Shown: positions 19,425 through 27,452 of the stretch, piece after piece | How positions within the stretch are numbered: the first letter of the stretch is position 1 | Layout: each line of letters starts with the position of its first letter | Assembly (NCBI GenBank): GCA_041483195.1 | Contig: JBGPFC010000002.1 | Location: forward strand, 1 to 64,000 | Length of the DNA: 64,000 bases | DNA from: Candidatus Eiseniibacteriota bacterium | GTDB taxonomy: Bacteria > Eisenbacteria > RBG-16-71-46 | Direction of reading: 5' to 3' | The notes under the pieces: model-generated | Databases searched by the model: none | The model's input: the letters and a program-made list of their open reading frames with translations, nothing else | What the model was told of the DNA's origin: nothing | Program-made: the position numbers and the translations under genes

Positions 19425-19470
19425 GCGGCCCCCGCCGGCCGCCTCGCGCTTCATCCACGCTCGCGCGCCA

Positions 19471-19479
19471 TGCTATCCT
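19471..19479 (+). promoter_or_regulatory. extended -10 promoter
   Basis: TGcTATCCT 8 nt before ATG 19488; no SD sequence. Confidence 0.5.
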
Positions 19480-19487
19480 CGCGGCCG

Positions 19488-20582
19488 ATGACGCGCGTCT
19501 CGATGGAGCACATCGCATGGGCCCGGCTCCACAACGGCCGGCACGCGTTCGATCTCGCCGACAGCGCGGTCGCCCCGCCCGATCTCGAGGCGATGGGGTT
19601 GCCGCATGCGGCGGGCCTCGGCCTCGACGGGTACGATCAGCTCCCGCGGCTCGAGGCCGCGCTGGGCGAGCGACTCTCGGCGCCGGGCGGGCGCGTGTGC
19701 GTCACCGCCGGCGCGAGCGAGGCGAACGCGTGCGTGTACGGCGCCCTGCTCGGCGACTCCGACGGGGTGCTGTTCGAATCCCCGGGCTACGAGCCGCACC
19801 GCGCGGTGTCCGCGATGTTCGGCGCGGGCGGGAAGCCGTTCCCGCGCCCGCGCCGCGGTGAAGCCGCGGGGCTCGCGGCCGCGATCGAAACGCGCCTCGC
19901 CTCCGCGACCCGCATGATCGTGCTGTCGGATCTTCACAATCCGACCGGCGCCGAGCTGTCGCCGGCGGAGATCGAGGCGCTCACCGCGCTCGCGGATCGT
20001 CACGGTCTGTGGATCCATTGCGACGAGACCTTCCGCGACGCGTCGGAGCGGCCCTCCGACACGGCGGCCCGGCGCTCGCCGCGATGGGTCACGACCGCCT
20101 CCCTCACCAAGTCGTACGGGCTCGGCGGCCTGCGCATCGGATGGATCGCCGGCGCGCCCGAGACGCTCCGGCGATGCGCGGCGGTGCAGCAGGCGTTTTC
20201 CGCGCTGCCCGCGTTGCCGAGCGTCTCGCTCGCGCTCGCGCTCGTGCCCCATCTCGGCCGGCTGCGCACCCGCTCGCTCGCGCTGCTCGCCGAGAACCAC
20301 GCGCGTCTGCGGGAGGCGACGCCCCGGCTCGCCCCGCTCGCCCTGGCCGAACCTCCGCGCGGCACCACCGCCTGGGCGTCGCTCGGGGCCGATGGGCTCG
20401 GCGACGCGTTCAGCGCCTTCGCGCTCGAGCGCTTCGACCTCGCGATGGCGCCGGGACGGTTCTTCGGCGACACGCGCGGCGTGCGCATCGCGCTCGGCGC
20501 CGAGCCCGCGCGGTTCGCGGCGGCATTGTCCACCCTCGAGCGCGCGGCCGCAGCTTTCGCCGCCGCCGGCGTCACCGCCTAG
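19488..20582 (+). CDS. PLP-dependent aminotransferase class I/II
   Basis: TAGASEA, PGYEP, HNPTG, DETF, SLTKSYGLGGLRIGW. Confidence 0.92.
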   Translation: MTRVSMEHIAWARLHNGRHAFDLADSAVAPPDLEAMGLPHAAGLGLDGYDQLPRLEAALGERLSAPGGRVCVTAGASEANACVYGALLGDSDGVLFESPGYEPHRAVSAMFGAGGKPFPRPRRGEAAGLAAAIETRLASATRMIVLSDLHNPTGAELSPAEIEALTALADRHGLWIHCDETFRDASERPSDTAARRSPRWVTTASLTKSYGLGGLRIGWIAGAPETLRRCAAVQQAFSALPALPSVSLALALVPHLGRLRTRSLALLAENHARLREATPRLAPLALAEPPRGTTAWASLGADGLGDAFSAFALERFDLAMAPGRFFGDTRGVRIALGAEPARFAAALSTLERAAAAFAAAGVTA

Positions 20583-20592
20583 GGGAGCCTCG

Positions 20593-21057
20593 ATGACCGA
20601 TCCGAGCATTCTCGAGCGCATTCAGTCCGAACTGACGATCGCGATGAAGACGCGAGACGCGGACACGCTCAGCACGCTGCGCATGCTGAAGTCGGCGCTC
20701 ATGGAGGCCAAGACCCGGAAGCCGAAGGACGCGACCCTCTCGCGCGACGAGGAGATCGAAGTGCTCCAGCGCTACGTGAAGAAGCGCCGCGAGGCGATCG
20801 AGGAGCTGCGCAAGGTCTCGCGCGCCGAGCTGGTCCCGCGCGAGGAGCAGGAAATCGCCGTGACGCAGCGCTTCCTTCCGCAGGCGCTTTCCGAAGAAGA
20901 CCTGCGGCGCATCGTGGGCGAGGCGATCGCGCGCACCGGCGCCGCGAGCCCGAAGGACATGGGCAGGGTGATCGGGGCGGTGATGGCGGAGGTGAAGGGA
21001 CGCGCCGAGGGGGGCGTGGTCTCGCGCCTCGTGAAGGAACTGCTCGGCGCCGCCTGA
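20593..21057 (+). CDS. yqeY: GatB/YqeY domain protein
   Basis: AMK..D...LSTLRMLKSAL, KKRREAIE, FLPQALSEE, GA.SPKDMGRVIG, GRAEG..VS; GGGGAG RBS. Confidence 0.92.
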   Translation: MTDPSILERIQSELTIAMKTRDADTLSTLRMLKSALMEAKTRKPKDATLSRDEEIEVLQRYVKKRREAIEELRKVSRAELVPREEQEIAVTQRFLPQALSEEDLRRIVGEAIARTGAASPKDMGRVIGAVMAEVKGRAEGGVVSRLVKELLGAA

Positions 21058-21065
21058 GGCGGCCT

Positions 21066-21938
21066 TCACTCCTCCACGCGCTCCAGCGAATCCTGAGGCG
21101 CGATGAGTGAATCGTCCGGCACCGGGGCGAGGTCGCCGTCGTTGCCGCCGCCGAACAGGCCGCCGAACATCCGCTCCAGCAGTCCCTCGCGCTCCGGCGG
21201 CGTGCGCGAGATCGCGGCCAGATACCCGGCCGTATCGAGGGCGCCGCGGCGCCGCAGGCGGGACGCGATGATGCGCACGCGCCGTTCGATGCGCGGCCCG
21301 GGATCGATCACCGAGTAGCGGCGCGGGTTGATGATCACCGCCGCCAGCAGGCACGCCTGGCGAGGATCGAGCGCCTCGGCGGAGACGCCGAAGTACCGCT
21401 GCGCCGCCGCCTCCACCCCGTAGATCCCGTCGCCCCACTCGATCACGTTCAGGTAGAGCTCGAAGATCCGGCGTTTCGAGAGCGCGCGCTCGAGCCGCAT
21501 CGCGATCCCCACCTCCTCGAGCTTGCGGAGCAGGGCGGGATCGCCGGCGAGGAACAGATTCTTCGCGAGCTGCTGGGTGATGGTGCTGCCGCCCCGCACG
21601 AAACGTCGCGCCGCGAGATCCCGGCGCGCGGACGCCCGGATCTCGTTCCAGTCGAGTCCGCCGTGCGTGAAGAAGGCGTCGTCCTCCGCGATCAGCACCG
21701 CGCGCCGGAGAATGGGCGCGACGCGGTCGTACGGCACGGTGCGCTGGTCGACGCCGAACGCCCGGTGCGCCGCGCGGGCCTCCGCCGCGCGAGTGCGCAC
21801 GAGCGCCGTGGCGGGCGGGGTGCGGCTCGCGAGCGGCGCGATCTCCACCGCAGAGACCCGGACCGAGACGACGACCGCGATCAGCAGGAGGGCCACGCCG
21901 GCGAGCGCGGCCGCGAGGACGAGGATGCGCCTCAGCAC
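21066..21938 (-). CDS. mtgA: monofunctional peptidoglycan transglycosylase (GT51)
   Basis: AED..FF.HGGLDW, RGGSTITQQLAKNLFL, RKLEE, K.RIFELYLNVIEWG; N-terminal TM. Confidence 0.93.
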   Translation of the reverse strand: MLRRILVLAAALAGVALLLIAVVVSVRVSAVEIAPLASRTPPATALVRTRAAEARAAHRAFGVDQRTVPYDRVAPILRRAVLIAEDDAFFTHGGLDWNEIRASARRDLAARRFVRGGSTITQQLAKNLFLAGDPALLRKLEEVGIAMRLERALSKRRIFELYLNVIEWGDGIYGVEAAAQRYFGVSAEALDPRQACLLAAVIINPRRYSVIDPGPRIERRVRIIASRLRRRGALDTAGYLAAISRTPPEREGLLERMFGGLFGGGNDGDLAPVPDDSLIAPQDSLERVEE

Positions 21939-21951
21939 CGGGCCCGGCGAA

Positions 21952-23265
21952 TCAGCGCACGCGCGTGCCGACCACCACCAGCGTCATGTCGTCGCTCTGG
22001 CCGGCATCGCCACGAAACTCGGCGACCTCGTCGAACACGACGCCGATGACTTCGGTGGGAGCGCGCTCGCCCTGCTGCTGCCACAGATCGCGCAGGCGCC
22101 CTTCGCCGAACTCCATGCCGGCGACGTCGACCGCTTCCGAGATCCCGTCGCTGTAGAGCATCAGCCCGTCGCCGGGATGGAACGACACCTCGCCCTGCTC
22201 GTAGTCGGCGTCCTCGAAGATTCCGAGTGGCGTGCCGCCTTCCCGCAGCTCCTCGACCGCGCCGCCCGCGCGCCGCAGCAGCGGATAATTGTGGCCGGCG
22301 TTGATGAAGCGCAGCCGCGCGTTGCCCGGATCGATCTCGCCGTAGAAGAGCGTGATGAACTTCCCGTTGCTGGCGGTGCGCACCACGCTCTGATTCACGT
22401 GGCGGATCGCCTCCCGGATCGGCCAGCGTCCGTCGCAGAACGCGCGAAGCGACGCCTGCACGTTGGACATGAGCAGCGCGGCCGGGACGCCCTTGCCCGA
22501 GACGTCCGCGATCGCGATCCCGAAGCGGCCGTCCCCGAGCGGGAAGTAGTCGAACGCGTCGCCGCCCACCATGCGGGCGGGGATGATCCGGCCGTGCGCC
22601 TCCCAGTGGCCGACGACCAGCGGGCCGGCCGGCACCAGGCTCATCTGGATCTCGCTCGCGAGCTTGAGCTCGCGGTCCATGCGGCGCGTCTCCTCTTCGA
22701 GCCGCTGCTTCTCTAGCGCTTCGACCCGGAGCCGCGCCTGCTCGATCACCCCCGCCGAATTGCTGGCGACGATCGCGAGCAGCTGGGCATCGTTGTGTGT
22801 CCAGTCGCGCCCCGGCTGGGCCTGCGTGACGGCGAGCATGCCGGTGACGCGGTTGCCCACGCGGAGCGGAACCGCGAGGACCGCCCGAATCCGCGCCGTG
22901 CTGCCGCGCAGACCTGGGAAGCGCGGATCGTTCAGGAGGTCGGGGCTCGCGAGCGCCTCGCCGCGGTGGAGGAGATAGCCGATCACGCTCATGGTCACGG
23001 CCGGTGGCCACGACCCCGAGGAGATGCCCGCCGCCTCCTTGCGGATCAGCGTCCGCATGGTGGGCTCGGCGACATCCGGGCTCAGCAGCTTGATCGAACC
23101 CTCGTCGGCGCCCAGCAGCCCGGTCGTCTTCTGCACGATCCAGTCGAGGATGGGCTGGAGCTCCGAATTCGACGCCACGATCTGGCACAGCTCCGAGAGG
23201 AACTGGAGCTCGGCCATCAGCCGCTGAGCGTTGGGGGGGCTCGCAGCCTGGGACGCATCCGCCAT
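21952..23265 (-). CDS. GAF + PP2C (SpoIIE/RsbU-type) serine phosphatase
   Basis: GGAGGA RBS before ATG 23265; GAF (LAVPL...G.L); VGGDAFD, IADVSGKG.PAALLM, NAGH, YSDGISEA, DDMT. Confidence 0.92.
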   Translation of the reverse strand: MADASQAASPPNAQRLMAELQFLSELCQIVASNSELQPILDWIVQKTTGLLGADEGSIKLLSPDVAEPTMRTLIRKEAAGISSGSWPPAVTMSVIGYLLHRGEALASPDLLNDPRFPGLRGSTARIRAVLAVPLRVGNRVTGMLAVTQAQPGRDWTHNDAQLLAIVASNSAGVIEQARLRVEALEKQRLEEETRRMDRELKLASEIQMSLVPAGPLVVGHWEAHGRIIPARMVGGDAFDYFPLGDGRFGIAIADVSGKGVPAALLMSNVQASLRAFCDGRWPIREAIRHVNQSVVRTASNGKFITLFYGEIDPGNARLRFINAGHNYPLLRRAGGAVEELREGGTPLGIFEDADYEQGEVSFHPGDGLMLYSDGISEAVDVAGMEFGEGRLRDLWQQQGERAPTEVIGVVFDEVAEFRGDAGQSDDMTLVVVGTRVR

Positions 23266-23348
23266 GGGCGGCGTTCCTCCCTGGGGAAGAGTGCACGTCG
23301 AGTCGCCGAGTGTAGGCCGCGCCCGCACCGCGCACAAGGGCGCCGCGC

Positions 23349-23378
23349 TTGCCGCGCGCGCGCGGGCCTGCCTATACT
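23349..23378 (+). promoter_or_regulatory. sigma70-type promoter
   Basis: TTGCCG-N18-TATACT upstream of the enoyl-CoA hydratase. Confidence 0.55.
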
Positions 23379-23455
23379 GCCGCGCCGATCGGGCACGCGG
23401 TCGTTTGCCCCGCGCGTCGCGGCGTGCCGAGCACACCTCTTTCGCCGGACCTCAC

Positions 23456-24256
23456 ATGACGACTTCCACGACCGCTCCCTATCGAAACCTGCTCGTCGAG
23501 CGCAGCGGCGCGATCACCGTGCTGATCGTGCACCGCCCCGACGTGCTGAACGCGCTGAACCGCGAGACGCTCTCCGAGATCGAGGACTGCGCGCGTGCCT
23601 TCGTCTCCGACCCCGAGCAGGGCGCGCTGATCGTGACCGGCGCGGGGGACAAGAGCTTCATCTCGGGCGCCGACATCAACGAGCTCGCCGTGCTCGATCC
23701 GCGCGGCGCCGAAGCAATCTCGCGCTTCGGGCAGCGGGTGGTCGGCGTGCTCGAAAACGCGGGCAAGCCGGTCATCGCCGCGATCAACGGCTACGCGTTC
23801 GGCGGCGGCTGCGAGCTCGCGCTGGCCTGTCACGTGCGGCTCGCCTCCGAGAACGCGGTGATGGGGCTGCCCGAAGTGAGCCTCGGCATCATCCCGGGAT
23901 ACGGCGGAACGCAGCGTCTGCCGCGGCTGGTGGGCCCGGGCCGCGCGCTCGAGCTCATCCTCTCGGGACGTCGCGTGAAGGCGGAGGAGGCGGAGCGCAT
24001 GGGTCTCGTGAATCGCGTGGTGCCGCTCGCATCGTTGCGCGAGGAGGCGATCAAGCTCGCGCAGGCCATGCTGAAGAACGGCCCGCTCGCGGTGGCGGCC
24101 GCGCTCGAAGCCGTGACGCGCGGGATGCAGCTTCCGCTCGATCAGGGGCTGCGCTTCGAGAGCAGCCTGTTCGGCATTCTCGCCGCGAGCGTAGACATGC
24201 ACGAGGGACTGAAGGCGTTCCTCGAGAAACGTCCGGCGCGATTCCAGCGCAAGTAG
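23456..24256 (+). CDS. enoyl-CoA hydratase (crotonase)
   Basis: RP..LNAL, GADI.E, KPVIAAINGYAFGGGCELA, PEVSLGIIPGYGGTQRL, EG..AFLEKR. Confidence 0.95.
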   Translation: MTTSTTAPYRNLLVERSGAITVLIVHRPDVLNALNRETLSEIEDCARAFVSDPEQGALIVTGAGDKSFISGADINELAVLDPRGAEAISRFGQRVVGVLENAGKPVIAAINGYAFGGGCELALACHVRLASENAVMGLPEVSLGIIPGYGGTQRLPRLVGPGRALELILSGRRVKAEEAERMGLVNRVVPLASLREEAIKLAQAMLKNGPLAVAAALEAVTRGMQLPLDQGLRFESSLFGILAASVDMHEGLKAFLEKRPARFQRK

Positions 24257-24310
24257 CGGCGCGCGTTGCGCGCGCAGGCGCGTGGCCCCGCACGCGACAA
24301 GGAGGTCGAG

Positions 24311-24742
24311 ATGCAGGATCTCGTTCCCATGCTGGTCTCCACGCTGCTCGGCACCCTCGTGGGATGGGAGCGCCAGATGGGCCGCAAGCCCGCCGGGCTG
24401 CGCACCCACACGCTGGTGTGCATGGGCTCGACCATGTTCGTGCTGCTCACCGCGCACGCGATGACGGCGTTCGGCGGCGGGCACAACGTCGATCCCACGC
24501 GCATCATCCACGGCGTGGTGACCGGCGTCGGCTTCCTGGGAGCGGGCAGCATCATGCGCCAGGAAGGGTTCGTGCACGGGCTCACCACCGCCGCGAGCGT
24601 GTGGATGGTCGCGGCGATCGGCGTGTCGGTGGGGGTTCACGCCTACGCGCTCGCGATCGCCGGCACCGTGCTCGCGCTGCTGGTGCTCGAGGGCTACCGC
24701 TGGATCGAGCGCTTCCTCTCGCCGGAGGGCGGCGAGAACTGA
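24311..24742 (+). CDS. MgtC/SapB family membrane protein
   Basis: AGGAGG RBS; GWERQ...KPAGLRTH, DPTRI..GVVTGVGFLGAG, GLTTAA..W. Confidence 0.94.
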   Translation: MQDLVPMLVSTLLGTLVGWERQMGRKPAGLRTHTLVCMGSTMFVLLTAHAMTAFGGGHNVDPTRIIHGVVTGVGFLGAGSIMRQEGFVHGLTTAASVWMVAAIGVSVGVHAYALAIAGTVLALLVLEGYRWIERFLSPEGGEN

Positions 24743-24800
24743 GCGCGGCGGGCCCCCTGAGGGCTCGCAGGCGCTCCGCTCGAATCGGCGCGGCGCGCGG

Positions 24801-25877
24801 CTACGCCGGGACCACCGTCTTCTCCAGCGCCTCGACCACCATGTCGCCCACCGCCCGGGTCGAGAGCCCCGAATCCGATCCCAGCGAGGGGATGCGCCGG
24901 CTCCGGATCAGTCCCGCCACCGTCTCCTCGACGCGTGCCGCGGCCCGCGCTTCGCCGAGGTAGTCGAGCATCATCTGCACCGCCATGATGGTCGCGACCG
25001 GCGAGGCCACGTTCTTTCCAGCGTACTTGGGCGCCGAGCCATGGATCGGCTCGAACAGGCTCACGCGGCCCGGATGGATGTTGCCGCTCGCCGCCACGCC
25101 GAGCCCGCCCTGGATCATGGCCGCGAGGTCGGTGAGGATGTCGCCGAACATGTTGCTGGTCACCACCGTGTCGAACCACTCGGGGTTCTTCACGCACCAC
25201 ATGGTGGCGGCGTCGATGTAGGCGTGCTCGCGCGTGATGTCGGGATACTCGCGTCCCACCTCCTCGAAGGTGCGGGTCCAGAGGTCCATCGCGCGCACCG
25301 CGTTCGCCTTGTCCACCATCGTCAGCTTCTTGCCGCGGCCGCGCCGGCGCGCGAGGTCGAACGCGTAGCGCATGACGCGCTCTGTGCCCTTGCGGGTGAA
25401 GATGATCTCCTGGGTCGCGACCTCGTCGGGCGTGCCCTTCTTGAAGAAGCCGCGCATCCCGGCGTACGCGTCCTCGGTGTTCTCGCGCACCACGATGAAG
25501 TCGACGTCCTCCGGCTTCTTGTCCTTGAGCGGGCAGAGGTGCTCGGCGTAGAGCTTGACCGGGCGCAGGTTGACGTAGAGGTCGAGCTCGAAGCGCAGCT
25601 TCGCGATGATGCCGAACTCGAGCAGCCCGACCTCGATCCGCGGGTCGCCGATCGCGCCGAGCAGGATCGCATCCTGCCGCTTCGTCTCATCGAACGCGGA
25701 CTGCGGGAAGATCTCCCCGGTCTTGAGGTAGTGCTCGGCGCCGAACGGATAGGGGGTGAGCCGGACCGCGAACCCCTCGATCGCCGCGACGCGCTCGAGC
25801 ACCTTGAGTCCCTCGCGCACCACTTCGGGTCCGATGCCGTCGCCGCCGATCACCGCGATCGAATAGGTCTTCGCCAT
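24801..25877 (-). CDS. leuB: 3-isopropylmalate dehydrogenase / beta-decarboxylating dehydrogenase
   Basis: GDGIGPEV, LY.NLRPV, VRENTE, VDKAN, NMFGDILTD, FEPIHGSAP. Confidence 0.85.
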   Translation of the reverse strand: MAKTYSIAVIGGDGIGPEVVREGLKVLERVAAIEGFAVRLTPYPFGAEHYLKTGEIFPQSAFDETKRQDAILLGAIGDPRIEVGLLEFGIIAKLRFELDLYVNLRPVKLYAEHLCPLKDKKPEDVDFIVVRENTEDAYAGMRGFFKKGTPDEVATQEIIFTRKGTERVMRYAFDLARRRGRGKKLTMVDKANAVRAMDLWTRTFEEVGREYPDITREHAYIDAATMWCVKNPEWFDTVVTSNMFGDILTDLAAMIQGGLGVAASGNIHPGRVSLFEPIHGSAPKYAGKNVASPVATIMAVQMMLDYLGEARAAARVEETVAGLIRSRRIPSLGSDSGLSTRAVGDMVVEALEKTVVPA

Positions 25878-25929
25878 GCGAATCTCCTCGAGTGTGTGAA
25901 GCCGCTCGCGCCCCGCGCGGGGTCGCGGG

Positions 25930-27174
25930 TCATCCGGTGACGCGCGTTTCGTCGAGGGCGGAGAGCACCGCCCGGATTTCGTCGTCGGTCAGCACGCGAT
26001 CCACGCTCTTCGCGCGCTGGAACACGGCGTGCACGCGATCAGCGCTCGGTGCGATGCCGCGGCTCTCGAGCCAGTAGATCACGTTGCTCTCGCCGCTCAT
26101 CGGGCCCACCTCGATCTCCTGCCGCCGCCCGACCAGGCTGGCCGGCACCCCCGAGTACACGCGGTCCGCGAGCCAGTCGGCGCCGCGCTTGTACGCCTTG
26201 ATCACCGCGGCGGCGTGCACCCCGGTCCCGGTGCGGAACGCGTCGCGGCCGACCACCGGGTAGTTGGGCGGAATGGGCACGCCGGTCGCATCGCTCACGC
26301 TCCTGCAGTATTCGTCGAGCGCGGAGAGGTCGTTCGTGATCCAGCCCAGCAATCTCAGATTCACGAGCAGCTGGTCCATCGGCGTGTTGCCCACCCGTTC
26401 GCCGATCCCGATCGCGCAGCCGTGGACGCGGGTCGCGCCCGCGCGGATCGCGGCCAGCGTATTGATCACCGCCAGCCCGCGATCGCAGTGCCCGTGCCAG
26501 TCCAGCTCGACCGCCGCGCCGCTCTCGCGCACCACGTCGAGCGCGAAGCGCACCAGGTTCGCGGCCCCCGCCGGGGTGGCGTGGCCCACGGTGTCGCACA
26601 GGCACAGCCGCTTCGCGCCGCAGCGGATCGCGGTGAGGAAGAGCCGGCGCAGCGTCGCCGGCTGCGCGCGCACCGTGTCCTCGGTCACGTACATCACCGG
26701 GAGCCCGTGCGAGACCGCGTAGCTCACGGCCTCCTCGGTGTGCCGCGCCATCATGTCGAGCGTCCAGTTCTCTGCGTACTGCCTGATGGGCGAGGAGCCG
26801 ATGAAGGTGCAGACCTCGATCGGGATCCCGGCCTTCTGCGAGATCTCGATGACCGGCGTGATGTCCTGGAGCAGCGTGCGCGCCGCGCAGTTCGCCCGGA
26901 TCCCGAGCTTCGCCTCGCGAATCTCCTGCGCGAGCCTCAACACGTCGCGGACGACGTGAGGACCCGCGCCCGGGAGTCCGATGTCGGCGGTGTCCACGCC
27001 GAGGCGGTCCATGAGATGGAGGATGCGGATCTTCTCATCGATCGGCGGAGTGCTGACCGACGGGGACTGCAGCCCGTCGCGCAGCGTTTCGTCGTCGAGT
27101 TGAACGCGGAAGGGCGGCGCGGCCCAGCGCTCGCCGGCCTCGTTCCAGTCGTAGATGAGCTCGCGATCGTCCAT
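25930..27174 (-). CDS. DRE-TIM acyl-CoA condensing synthase (short LeuA / 2-isopropylmalate synthase-like)
   Basis: DETLRDGLQ, LCDTVG, WHGHCDRGL, GIGERVGN, P.VG.DAF..GTGVH; about 414 aa, no regulatory domain. Confidence 0.85.
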   Translation of the reverse strand: MDDRELIYDWNEAGERWAAPPFRVQLDDETLRDGLQSPSVSTPPIDEKIRILHLMDRLGVDTADIGLPGAGPHVVRDVLRLAQEIREAKLGIRANCAARTLLQDITPVIEISQKAGIPIEVCTFIGSSPIRQYAENWTLDMMARHTEEAVSYAVSHGLPVMYVTEDTVRAQPATLRRLFLTAIRCGAKRLCLCDTVGHATPAGAANLVRFALDVVRESGAAVELDWHGHCDRGLAVINTLAAIRAGATRVHGCAIGIGERVGNTPMDQLLVNLRLLGWITNDLSALDEYCRSVSDATGVPIPPNYPVVGRDAFRTGTGVHAAAVIKAYKRGADWLADRVYSGVPASLVGRRQEIEVGPMSGESNVIYWLESRGIAPSADRVHAVFQRAKSVDRVLTDDEIRAVLSALDETRVTG

Positions 27175-27329
27175 GGCAGAGGACGGAGGATTAACCGATG
27201 CGGCGAGGCGCGGCAAGTAAATCGCCGCTCGCTCCCGGCGGGGGCCCGCAGCTGGCCGGGTGGTTTCCGGGAGGGAGCGCATGCGGCGCCACGCGATAGA
27301 GGATTGGCCGCTTGCGCTCCGCATGGCCC

Positions 27330-27363
27330 TTGACCGGGGCACGAAAATTGATTCAATTGCGTG
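27330..27363. promoter_or_regulatory. palindromic operator candidate overlapping a promoter-like sequence
   Basis: AATTGA-T-TCAATT (27346-27358) flanked by CACG/CGTG; TTGACC at 27330. Confidence 0.5.
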
Positions 27364-27452
27364 GATTCGCCTTTCACCGTCCCCTCCGGCCCGCGGGCAT
27401 TGCAGCTCGCGGATCCGGCGTGGGCATTACGACGGCAGGAGCCCTGGAGCGC

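Larger units (their letters stand above)
17468..19434 (+). repeat. tandem direct duplication, units 17468-18454 and 18455-19434
   Basis: Both units begin TTCACGAGGCTCGAC, end TGAGCGGCYCCCG, and carry paralogous 252-aa genes with a shared upstream motif. Confidence 0.92.

Noticed and set aside
17468..19434. Diversity-generating retroelement (template/variable repeat pair)
   Set aside because: Mismatches between repeats are not adenine-specific and there is no reverse transcriptase in the window
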